From an uncultured Planctomycetaceae bacterium (GTDB lineage Bacteria > Planctomycetota > Planctomycetia > Planctomycetales > Planctomycetaceae), in contig CAZGYE010000018.1 of NCBI GenBank assembly GCA_964530165.1, positions 1 to 36,752 of the forward strand: a stretch of DNA of 36,752 bases, read 5' to 3'. The translations under genes and the position numbers were made by a program. This document shows, in pieces, positions 19,647 to 28,100 of this stretch (the stretch's first letter is position 1; every line of letters begins with the position of its first letter). The notes below the pieces were generated by a model that had not been told where the DNA came from, did not search any database, and worked only from the letters and a program-made list of their open reading frames with translations.

Positions 19647-20192
19647 ATGGATTTCGTCTTGAAAGGCTCAGAGTCACTCCGTCGGCTGTTCGCGGCGTTG
19701 ACCGAGCAAACTTTCCAGGTCGAGCTGGGTGTGGTCGATCCGAAAATGACCGACTACCTGGTCGAATTACTGGTTCGATTCGTCAAGATGGATACCGTCT
19801 ACCGCATTCGCGACACCAGGGGGCGACGCCTGGAAGACGTCGCCGAGATGCTCCTCGAAGCCGAGCAGCGACAGGCGAAACCGCGACGGGAGATCTACCG
19901 GCACATCGGGGATTTCACCCTGTTCTGGACGGGGCTGTATCCCGAGGCCCTCTCGCGGCTGAAATCGCCCGACCGGAAGGATCATCTGATCGATTACTTC
20001 CAGCAAGGCAAACAGTCCTACTACATCGCCAGCACCTTCGACGAAGAGCCGTACCAGGACGAGGCTCCGGTGCTCCGCCGGCTCAGCCGCGACTTTGAGC
20101 TCTGCACGGTCGGGTTGAACCGCGTTCGGAAGGAATGGGAGAAACTTCCAGCGGCCGCGGCGCCCAAACCGTGGGATGCCGAGCAGAATTGA
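19647..20192 (+). CDS. Hypothetical protein (181 aa, no recognisable family)
   Basis: ATG 19647 preceded by GAGAGGGTAGG; codon usage is GC3-biased like its neighbours. Confidence 0.6.
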   Translation: MDFVLKGSESLRRLFAALTEQTFQVELGVVDPKMTDYLVELLVRFVKMDTVYRIRDTRGRRLEDVAEMLLEAEQRQAKPRREIYRHIGDFTLFWTGLYPEALSRLKSPDRKDHLIDYFQQGKQSYYIASTFDEEPYQDEAPVLRRLSRDFELCTVGLNRVRKEWEKLPAAAAPKPWDAEQN

Positions 20193-20208
20193 CGGCCGCT
20201 CGAACAGG

Positions 20209-21204
20209 CTACTCTTCCCCGCCGATTTCTTCGACCACCTCGTTGACCGCCTCGGTGCTGCCGAAGGCGAATAGGGAGTCGCCGGCTTGGAGGACGGCTG
20301 TGCCGGGCGGGGGCATCAGTCGCTCGCCGTTGGCGCGGTGGATGCCGATGACCATCACCCCTTTGGCCCTGAGGTCGGTGTCCATGAGCTGTTTGCCGAC
20401 GTAGGGGCTATCTTCCAGGACTTGCACGTCGGCCAGTTCCAGCTCGTTGCCGTGGGTGTCGGCGATTTCGAGGAAGTCTTCGATGCTAGGGCTGATCATG
20501 AAGCGGGCCATCTTCTCGGCGCCGGAGCTGAAGGGGCTGACGACTCGGCTGGCGCCGGCCCGCTCCATCTTTTCGATGGCCTTTTCGTCGCTGGCGCGGG
20601 CGATGATTTGTAGCTCTGAGGCCAGCATGCGGGCCGAGAGGACCACGTACACGTTGTCGGCATCGGTGGGCAGGACCGAGGTGAGCGCCCGGGCCCGCTC
20701 GATGCCCGCCCTGAGGAGCACGTCGTCGTCGGTGGCATCGCCCAGAACGTACAACCAGCCGTTTTCTTCACACACCGGGACGAGCACTTCTTCATCAACG
20801 TCGATCACGATGAACTGCTTTTCCCGCTCCTGCAGGTAGTCGCAGATGGTTCGTCCCATCCGCCCGGTGCCGCAGACGATGAAGTGGTTTTGTAGTTCCT
20901 CGATGGCCTTTTCCATGCGCCGCCTCTCCCTCATCTGGATCGAACGCAATTGGGCGTCCACCACGAATTGCCCCAGTTGAAACGCGCTGTACGTGAAGAT
21001 TCCTAGCCCGCAGACCAGGTAAACCATCACAAAAACCTCGCCGGCTTTGTTCGGCGCGGCATCAATTGAGCCGACCGTCGTCAGCGTGATGACGGCCATG
21101 TACAGCGAATGCAGCCACGGCTTTTCTGTGATCACCCGCAGGCCGACCGTGCCGACGGCGGTCAACCCAAACAACAAACCAACGGTAAAAAGAGCCCGCC
21201 GCAT
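20209..21204 (-). CDS. Potassium channel family protein with RCK (TrkA-N Rossmann plus TrkA-C) domains
   Basis: Two TM helices with a pore-like TTVGSID. NAD-binding GxGxxG (IVCGTGRMGRTI) and a TrkA-C-like C-terminus. ATG 21204 chosen; the listed start 21231 is TTG. Confidence 0.8.
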   Translation of the reverse strand: MRRALFTVGLLFGLTAVGTVGLRVITEKPWLHSLYMAVITLTTVGSIDAAPNKAGEVFVMVYLVCGLGIFTYSAFQLGQFVVDAQLRSIQMRERRRMEKAIEELQNHFIVCGTGRMGRTICDYLQEREKQFIVIDVDEEVLVPVCEENGWLYVLGDATDDDVLLRAGIERARALTSVLPTDADNVYVVLSARMLASELQIIARASDEKAIEKMERAGASRVVSPFSSGAEKMARFMISPSIEDFLEIADTHGNELELADVQVLEDSPYVGKQLMDTDLRAKGVMVIGIHRANGERLMPPPGTAVLQAGDSLFAFGSTEAVNEVVEEIGGEE

Positions 21205-21284
21205 GGAAGATCGCGTTGCCCCCTCCTTCAAGTTGAAGAGTTGAAAAGTCGAAGCGTCTGTCCGTACCGATCACCCTGCGTTCT

Positions 21285-21332
21285 CCGACTCTCCGACTCT
21301 TGCACCTTTCGACTTTTGGACTTTTCGACCCG
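21285..21332. repeat. Low-complexity tandem repeats (CTCCGACT x2.3; TTCGACTTTTGGACTTTTCGAC)
   Basis: Direct inspection of 21285-21332 in the intergenic region upstream of the K+ channel gene. Confidence 0.5.
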
Positions 21333-21404
21333 GCACAACGCTTCGCCGTTTTTCTGCAACAGGCAACGCCATCCACGACGCCGCGTACAACTTGAGTAGA
21401 AGCA

Positions 21405-21530
21405 GTTTCAAAACTGGGTTACTGGCATGGGTGGCTGGGGTCGAACATCGTGAGCCCCCAGGATTTGCAGCCTCTGTGGGGTCGCGTTGCTCCACCACAG
21501 CCACCCGGATAGGGTTTTGAAACGGCTTCT
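21405..21530 (-). repeat. Copy 1 of a conserved 78-nt hairpin-rich element (core 21429-21506), flanked by a 10-bp inverted repeat GTTTCAAAAC/GTTTTGAAAC, immediately 3' of the oxidoreductase stop
   Basis: Core GGGTGGCTGGGG…CCACAGCCACCC has terminal inverted repeats and two internal CTGGGG-loop-CCCCAG hairpins. The reverse complement matches 31885-31961 at 15/18 nt (5' end) and 30/33 nt (3' end). Confidence 0.5.
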
Positions 21531-21533
21531 AGT

Positions 21534-22934
21534 TTACAGACCTAGCAGGAGTCTTGACAACAGGCCGATGGGCAAGTCGGGCTGCAGCAGTTTTTCCTCT
21601 CGGCCATGACGCGCCAAGACGTTCTCGGCCGCCCGGTAGCCGCTGCGGACGGCCCCTTCCATGGTGGCCGGCCAGCCGGTACGGGTCCAATCGCCGGCCA
21701 GTTGCAGGTTGGAAATCGGCGACTGCCCGGTGGGCCGCAATTCCTCGGCGCCCGGCTTCACCGAGAACACCGCCTTGTGCTCGGTCACCAGCCGTGAATG
21801 AACCCGTTTCGCTCCTGCCGTATTCGGCCAGACCTCCGCCAGATCGCGGACGACCTCACCGATCGTTTGCTGCTGCGACCTGCCGACCAGATGGCGGCCC
21901 GCGCTGATCACGATCTGGTAATAGAAAAGGCGGTCGTCAGGCAGGTCCCGCTGCAAGATGGTGCGATTGAACATCCACTGGCTCAACCGCCCGATCAACA
22001 CGGCATGGGGCAGCGAGGTGATCGGGCGGTCGAACCACAGGTGCACGCTGGAAATGGGGGCGTATTCCAATTCCATAATTCCCACGAACTGTGGATGTGC
22101 TCGCAACGATTCGGGCAACAGCGCTGGCACCAGGTGATGCGGTACCGCGACGATGAAGTCGTCAGCCCGGAGACGCTCGCCACTGCGCAGCTCGACAGCG
22201 GTGGCAACGTTTTCGTCGATCACCAGGCGTTTGACCCCCGACTGCAGGCGAACAGTCACGCCGCGGCGGGTCAACCATTCGGTCAACCGCGATCCGTACA
22301 ACTCGTCCAGCGGAACGGCGGGGATCAGGACCTGCCAGCCTTCCCGGTTCGCCAGAAAGCCGTCGACGAACACCTTGCGGGCGGCAGAGACGGCAATGCG
22401 ATCGAGTGTTTCGCTCAGAGCGCTCACCAGCACGACGCTCCAGAACCGCTCGATCGCTGCCGAGGTTTGTCGGTGCTGACGGAGCCACTCGGCAAAAGTT
22501 TGATCGTTGCCGTGCGAAGGATGGCTCTTCACCAGCTCCCGCAGACCTTGGGCAAGCAGCGACCGATCGCGGCGGTTTAGATAGCTTACTTTCCGCAACG
22601 ACGGCCACAGGTGAAACGGCGAGGGCAGTCGACTTGCTGTCAGCCGGTTGACGACTCCGTCGCGACCGATGAAATAAAGCTCCGGCTCGCGGCGGAACAG
22701 ATCGGAAAGTCCGACGGTGTCGCAGAAGTGCCGGAAATTCGTACAGCAGCCCATGCTGACGTGCTGGCAGTTATCGATGCACGTTCCGGTCTCGCGGTCG
22801 ATAAACGAGCTGGCCCGTCCTCCCAGACGGGGCCGCGATTCGAGCAGCGTCACCGAGACGTTTCGCTGAGCCAGTGCAGCCGCCGCGGCGAGTCCGGCCA
22901 GGCCGCCGCCAACGATGATCGTCGTCTTTGCCAT
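21534..22934 (-). CDS. FAD-dependent oxidoreductase of the amine-oxidase/phytoene-desaturase superfamily (HpnE-like hydroxysqualene dehydroxylase candidate)
   Basis: N-terminal dinucleotide fold TTIIVGGGLAGLAAAAALAQ…VTLLESRPRLGGRASSF; DNCQHV…GCCTN. 466 aa; ATG 22934. Confidence 0.75.
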   Translation of the reverse strand: MAKTTIIVGGGLAGLAAAAALAQRNVSVTLLESRPRLGGRASSFIDRETGTCIDNCQHVSMGCCTNFRHFCDTVGLSDLFRREPELYFIGRDGVVNRLTASRLPSPFHLWPSLRKVSYLNRRDRSLLAQGLRELVKSHPSHGNDQTFAEWLRQHRQTSAAIERFWSVVLVSALSETLDRIAVSAARKVFVDGFLANREGWQVLIPAVPLDELYGSRLTEWLTRRGVTVRLQSGVKRLVIDENVATAVELRSGERLRADDFIVAVPHHLVPALLPESLRAHPQFVGIMELEYAPISSVHLWFDRPITSLPHAVLIGRLSQWMFNRTILQRDLPDDRLFYYQIVISAGRHLVGRSQQQTIGEVVRDLAEVWPNTAGAKRVHSRLVTEHKAVFSVKPGAEELRPTGQSPISNLQLAGDWTRTGWPATMEGAVRSGYRAAENVLARHGREEKLLQPDLPIGLLSRLLLGL

Positions 22935-22938
22935 GATT

Positions 22939-23026
22939 GTGGGGCAGGCTTTCCAGCCTGCCGATCGGGTGGGGCAGACTGGAAAGCCTGCCGATCGGGT
23001 GGGGCAGGCTGGAAAGCCTGCCCCAC
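22939..23026. repeat. Three tandem ~30-bp palindromic hairpin units (GTGGGGCAGGCT-loop-AGCCTGCC) joined by CCGATCGG palindromes
   Basis: Units at 22939-22968, 22969-22998 and 22999-23026. Stems of 8-12 bp. The loop is TTCC in unit 1 and GGAA in units 2 and 3. Unit 3 is a perfect 12-bp stem. Located in the 111-bp gap between the ggt stop and the oxidoreductase start. Confidence 0.7.
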
Positions 23027-23045
23027 ACTCAAATGGATGTCGCGT

Positions 23046-24674
23046 TCAATAGGAGAGCGCATAGCCGTCGCGGCGAGGGTCGGCTGCGGCCAGCCGGGCG
23101 CCGGAATCGGGGTCGATCATCACCGCTTGACCGCCGCCGACCAGCATCGAAAAATCGCCGATCGACTCCAGCACGTGTCCTCGCGCGGTCAACTGCTCGC
23201 GGACGTCTGAGTCGACGCGGTCTTCGATCTGCATGCGGGTCTCTTCCCAAACCCGAAACCGGGGCGCCTCGATGGCGGTTTGCGGATCGGCGCCGAACTC
23301 GACGATGTTCAACAGCATCTGGAGAGTTGTCTGCAAGATGCCCCAACTGCCGGGCGTCGCCATCGAAAACCAGAACTTGCCGTCGCGAAAGACCTGGACC
23401 GGGGCCATGCAGCTCGACCAGCGCTTGCCCGGCTGCAAAAGGTTGGGGGTCGGGCAAGCCGGATCGATTTCGGTCCACCAGATGAAGTTGTTCAACGTGA
23501 TGCCCGTGCCGGGAACCATCACCCCCGACCCGAACGCGTTGCCGAGCGATTGCGTGATGCTGGCGACATTGCCCTCGGCGTCGACGGCGGCCAGGTGCGT
23601 GGTCAGCCCGTCCGTTTTGCCGGGCGAAACAACGCCCGCCTCGCGCGGGCCGCGCCATCGTTCCCCTTCACTGCGAGACGCCTGTTTGGGGTTGATGAGC
23701 TTTCGACGTCCTGCCGTGTAGTCCTCGCTCAACAGGCGGTCGAGCGGGACCGGATGAAATTTGGGATCGCCGCACCAGCGAATCCGATCGGCCACGGCCA
23801 GCTTGATCGCCTCGCTGAGCACGTGGATATAGTCCGCCGAGTTGTGACCGAGCGACTTCAGGTCGGTCGTTTCCAGCAGCTTCAACGTTTGCAGGATCTG
23901 GAAACCCTCGCAGTTCGGCGGGCAGGTTTTGACTTCCAGGCCGCGATAGCTCACGCTGATGGGGGATTCCCAATCGGGTGTGTACCCGGCCAGATCTTCT
24001 CGCGTGAGCAGACCGTCCTGGGACCCGATGTAATCGGCGATCCGCCCGCCGAGTTCGCCGTGGTAGAAATGGTCGGCACCATGCTCGCCGATGCCGCGAA
24101 ACGAGGCGGCCAGGTCCGGCTGCCGCAGCACAGCACCGAGCCGGCATGGGACGCCGCTGAAAACCTCCCGTCCGGCATCGTTCAGCCGCGGCAAGGCCAG
24201 CTCCAAGAGCCGGGCATTCAGCGGATGCAGCGGGAAACCTTCCTCTGCCAGCCGGATCGCCGCGGCGAAGACTTTCGCGGCCGGCATCGTGCCGTGCGCC
24301 CGCAGCGCCTCCATCCACCCTGCAACCGAACCGGGAATCAGGCAGGCGCGCGGTCCGTGATCTTGTTGCTCCGGGGTGAACTGATCCGGCGTGGCGGCGG
24401 CCGGCGTGTTGCCGCTGAAGTTCAGCACTTTCGTCTCACCGCCGGAGAGATGCAGCAGCAGGAAACCGACACCGCCGAGTCCGCTCATGTACGGCTCGAC
24501 GACGTTGAGCGCCGCGGCGGTCGCCACGACGGCGTCGACCGCGTTGCCGCCGGCCCGCAAAACATCCAAGCCGGCCCCGGTGGCCAACGGATGAGCCGAT
24601 GCCACCGCCCCGCACATGCCGGCAACAGTTGGTCTGGTGCGAGTCCAGTTGGTCTGGTCGTTCATCTCGGGCAT
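23046..24674 (-). CDS. ggt: Gamma-glutamyltransferase
   Basis: Ntn-hydrolase motif GLTTHLAAVDAEGNVAS (catalytic Thr). Full length 542 aa. AAGAGG upstream of ATG 24674. Confidence 0.9.
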   Translation of the reverse strand: MPEMNDQTNWTRTRPTVAGMCGAVASAHPLATGAGLDVLRAGGNAVDAVVATAAALNVVEPYMSGLGGVGFLLLHLSGGETKVLNFSGNTPAAATPDQFTPEQQDHGPRACLIPGSVAGWMEALRAHGTMPAAKVFAAAIRLAEEGFPLHPLNARLLELALPRLNDAGREVFSGVPCRLGAVLRQPDLAASFRGIGEHGADHFYHGELGGRIADYIGSQDGLLTREDLAGYTPDWESPISVSYRGLEVKTCPPNCEGFQILQTLKLLETTDLKSLGHNSADYIHVLSEAIKLAVADRIRWCGDPKFHPVPLDRLLSEDYTAGRRKLINPKQASRSEGERWRGPREAGVVSPGKTDGLTTHLAAVDAEGNVASITQSLGNAFGSGVMVPGTGITLNNFIWWTEIDPACPTPNLLQPGKRWSSCMAPVQVFRDGKFWFSMATPGSWGILQTTLQMLLNIVEFGADPQTAIEAPRFRVWEETRMQIEDRVDSDVREQLTARGHVLESIGDFSMLVGGGQAVMIDPDSGARLAAADPRRDGYALSY

Positions 24675-25133
24675 CGTTTTTGCCTCTTGGTCTTGTGAAT
24701 GTCATCGATCGAGACGGTGCAGTAGGATTATATCAAGTGCCCCTCTTGTCCATAAGAAATCCACGGTCGTCCCGACAAGACTTGGTCCCTCACCGATTGC
24801 ATCTCGTTGGTTGTCATGGAACAGGAAGGTTTGACTGATGCGCTCACCGCAGATCGTCACTTCGAACAAGCGGCCGGGCGGCGGGGCCAGAGCAACAGCG
24901 ATGGCCCTGTTGTGCTACTATCGCCGGGGCCGTCGCGTGCGCTCTGGCCCCGCCACCCTTTCTCTCTCGCCCCGTCACTCCCGGAAACGAGTCTGCAAAT
25001 TGACAATCAACTCGCAAAGGCTTCTCTGCGAGAGACTGGTAGTGTCATGCCGCGGCAAATCGGCTATCCTTGCTGGTGGGATGGTTGGTTGGAGTTCAGT
25101 CAGGGTTGCTGGAATGCCCCGTGGAGAGACCAG

Positions 25134-28100
25134 ATGAGCCGCCGGGTCTTGATTGCCGTGATTGTTGTAATCGTCGAATTGGCCCACCTGACGCCCGAAA
25201 GTCCGGTGGTGCACGCTCAGATTCGCATCTTCGCCGCTGGTGTCGGCCCCGTCCGCCAAGCGGCAGAATCGGAGCTGAGCGGACACGACTTGTTCGTCAC
25301 CGATCGAAGAATGACGCGGCGGCTGGCCAGGGCGCGGGAGCTGCTCCGGAAGAACGACCGCGACCGCATCAATGGATTGAGCCTGCTGCAGAGCATTCTC
25401 GACAATGCCGAGGACGTTTTCTTCACGCCCGACGCGCAAGACAAGACTCGCTATCACGGGCTGAAGGCGGAAGTGCAACGCATCATCGCCGCTCTCGATT
25501 CGGGAGGACGGCGGTTGTACGAGCTGCAGTACGGTTCCAAGGCTCGGCAGATGCTCCGCGAAGCAAGCGAGTCGCGTGACGTGGCCCGGCTGGAAGAGGT
25601 GGCGCGCCGCTTCTTTCACACGGCGGCGGGCTACGAAGCCACGTACATGTTGGGAAGCTATCACTTGGATCATTCCCATCCGTTGGCGGCGGTGCTCAAC
25701 TTCGATCGGCTGCGGAAGTTTCCGGCGGCGGCCCGGAGATGGGAACCGATGCTCTCGCTGAAAACGGCCGTTTGTTGGGGACGCATCGGCATGCCCGAAC
25801 AAAGCGTCCAAACCCTCGTCGAGCTGAAGAGAGTCAACTCCCAGAGTCACATTACGCTCGGCGGCAGACGCATCGAGTTCTTCAACCGCAACCAGGAGGC
25901 GCTTGACTGGCTGGTGATGGTGCTGGGTCGGCAGCAGGAGTTCGGGTCGATCGCTGAAGAAAAGTGGGCCATGTTCCGCGGCAATGCGGCGCGGAATGCC
26001 GTCGGTTCGGACGCCTCTCCCATTTTGGACTCCCCATGGCAGTTTTCCACCATACAGATGGCTGAATCGAAAGATCCCAAGCAACTGGAGATTGTCGAGG
26101 CCAAGTTGAAGGAGTTGGAGAAGAACTACCGCGACGGTGGTTTTCTCACGCTGCCCGCCGTGCACCCGCTGGTGATCGACGGGGCCGTCATCGTGCGGTC
26201 CTTTGGGAACATCAAAGCGGTCGATCCCCAGACCGGTGAACTGCTCTGGGAAACGGTCATCAAAGATCCTTCCTTTCAGAAGTTGCTGGACCAAGGCGTC
26301 CCGGCGACGACTGCCAGCGTCCGCAGCCAGCAATCGTCACTCTCAACGTTTCTGACGCAGCGCGCATGGCGCGACATGACCGCCGGCACGCTCAGCAGCG
26401 ACGGCAAACACGTCTTCGCCATTGAGGAGCTCGGGTTCCTCGGCTCCTATCGGTACAATCCGCGCGGACCACAACACCCGATGGCTCCCAAGGGCTACAA
26501 CAAGCTGGTGGCCTTCGAGCTTGCCGGAGAAGGCAGAGCGGCATGGGCGATCGGGGGGGAAACCGGAGAGGGCGCCCTGGATTTTGCCGGCACGTTTTTC
26601 CTCGGTCCGCCGCTTCCGTTGCGAAATCAATTGTACTGCCTGGCGGAAGTCAGCGGCGAGATTCGACTGTTGGTCCTCGAGCCGAAACCGGATGCAAGAC
26701 CGGCCACCGCAAAGCTCAGCTGGTCGCAATCGCTGATTCTTCCCCAGGCCTCGCTGTTGCAGTACCCCCTGCGACGTCTCGCCGGCGTCAGTCCGTCCTA
26801 CGCCGACGGCGTGATGGTCTGCCCGACTGCGGCTGGCGCGGTTGTTGCGGTGGATTTGGGCCGGCGCGAATTGTTGTGGGGATACCGGTATCCCACCAAC
26901 ATGCCGCTCACTGCGCAGAATCGCCGAGCGATGCTTTTCGCCCAAATGGCCGGCCATTATCCCTTCACCAGCACCGACAATGAATCCCGCTGGCTCGATG
27001 CGGTCCCGACGCTTGCCGAAGGCCGCGCGCTGCTGACACCGCGAGATTCGAACGACCTGCACTGCCTCAACCTGGCCGACGGCGCCTTGCAGTGGAAGAG
27101 ACCGCGCGATGGGGGGTTGTACGTCGCCGCAGTCCACAACGGCAAAGTCGTCGTGGTCGGGCGGGGCGAGGTGTCGGCGTTGCGTCTGGCTGACGGGAAA
27201 CCGGCCTGGAAAGGGCCGACTCCCATTCCCATGCCCAGCGGCCGCGGCGTCGCCACCGACGGCTTCTATCACCTGCCGCTCTCCACCGGCGAGATTGCCA
27301 CTCTCGACCTGGACACAGGCCGCATTCTTGCCAGGTCAAAATTGCGCCCGGGCCGAGTCCCCGGCAACCTGGCCGCTGCGGGGGGAATGATTGTCTCGCA
27401 GTCAATCGACTCGGTGTTCGGATTCAGCTCGCTCGACGCGTTGAACGATCGTATCGCCGCCGGCTTGAAAAAGAAGCCCGACGATGCCGATGCATTGGCC
27501 CTGCGTGGTGAAATGCGGCTGCACCGGGGCGAGGAAGCCGCGGGCATGGCCGATCTGCGCCGCTCGGTTCAATTGAAGCCGACTCCGCGGCCCAGGACGC
27601 TTTTGGCGGAACGTCTGCTGGATGGTCTCCGGGCCGATTTTGCGAAGAATCGAAAAACGATCGGCGAGATCGAAAAGCTACTGGACAATGCACGTCAGCG
27701 TGCGAGATTCTTGCGGCTTCATGCCGCCGGTCTGCATCAGGTGGGCGAGCACCAGGCCGCATTCGCCGAGTACCTGAAACTTGCCGGACCGGAGACCGGC
27801 AAACCTCAACTGGAGCGAATCAGCGCCTCGCTCTCCAGCCGCAGCGATCGTTGGGTGCGGCCCCGGATTGCCGAGCTGTACCGGAACGCGCCGGCCAAGT
27901 CCCGCGCCGCGATGGATCGGGAACTCCGCGCGCAACTCGAAACCGCCCGCAAACAGGACAAGCCGGAACCACTCGAGAAGTTCCTGAATTGCTTCACACG
28001 TCTTCCGATCGCCGAGGAGGCCCGTCGTGCACTCGTCGACCGCCTGGACGAAAAGAATCAGGCGTTGCAGCTTGCATTTCAACTGCGGCATTTGCGACGC

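Noticed and set aside
21429-21506. Possible tRNA: a perfect 7-bp acceptor-like pairing GGGTGGC…GCCACCC spans 78 nt, and a GTTCGACCCC T-loop-like string is present
   Set aside because: No consistent D-arm, anticodon arm or T-arm can be drawn on either strand, and there is no CCA. The same sequence recurs at 31885-31961 as a repeat-family member, so it is annotated as a repeat, not a tRNA.
22939-23026. CRISPR array
   Set aside because: The 30-bp units are directly adjacent with no unique spacers, and there are only three units; this is a palindromic tandem repeat.
24807-25133. N-terminal extension (109 aa) of the giant propeller ORF
   Set aside because: No SD or signal peptide at 24807, whereas ATG 25134 has GGAGAG spacing and a hydrophobic signal or anchor. 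The region also contains nested inverted repeats. Left as an alternative start.
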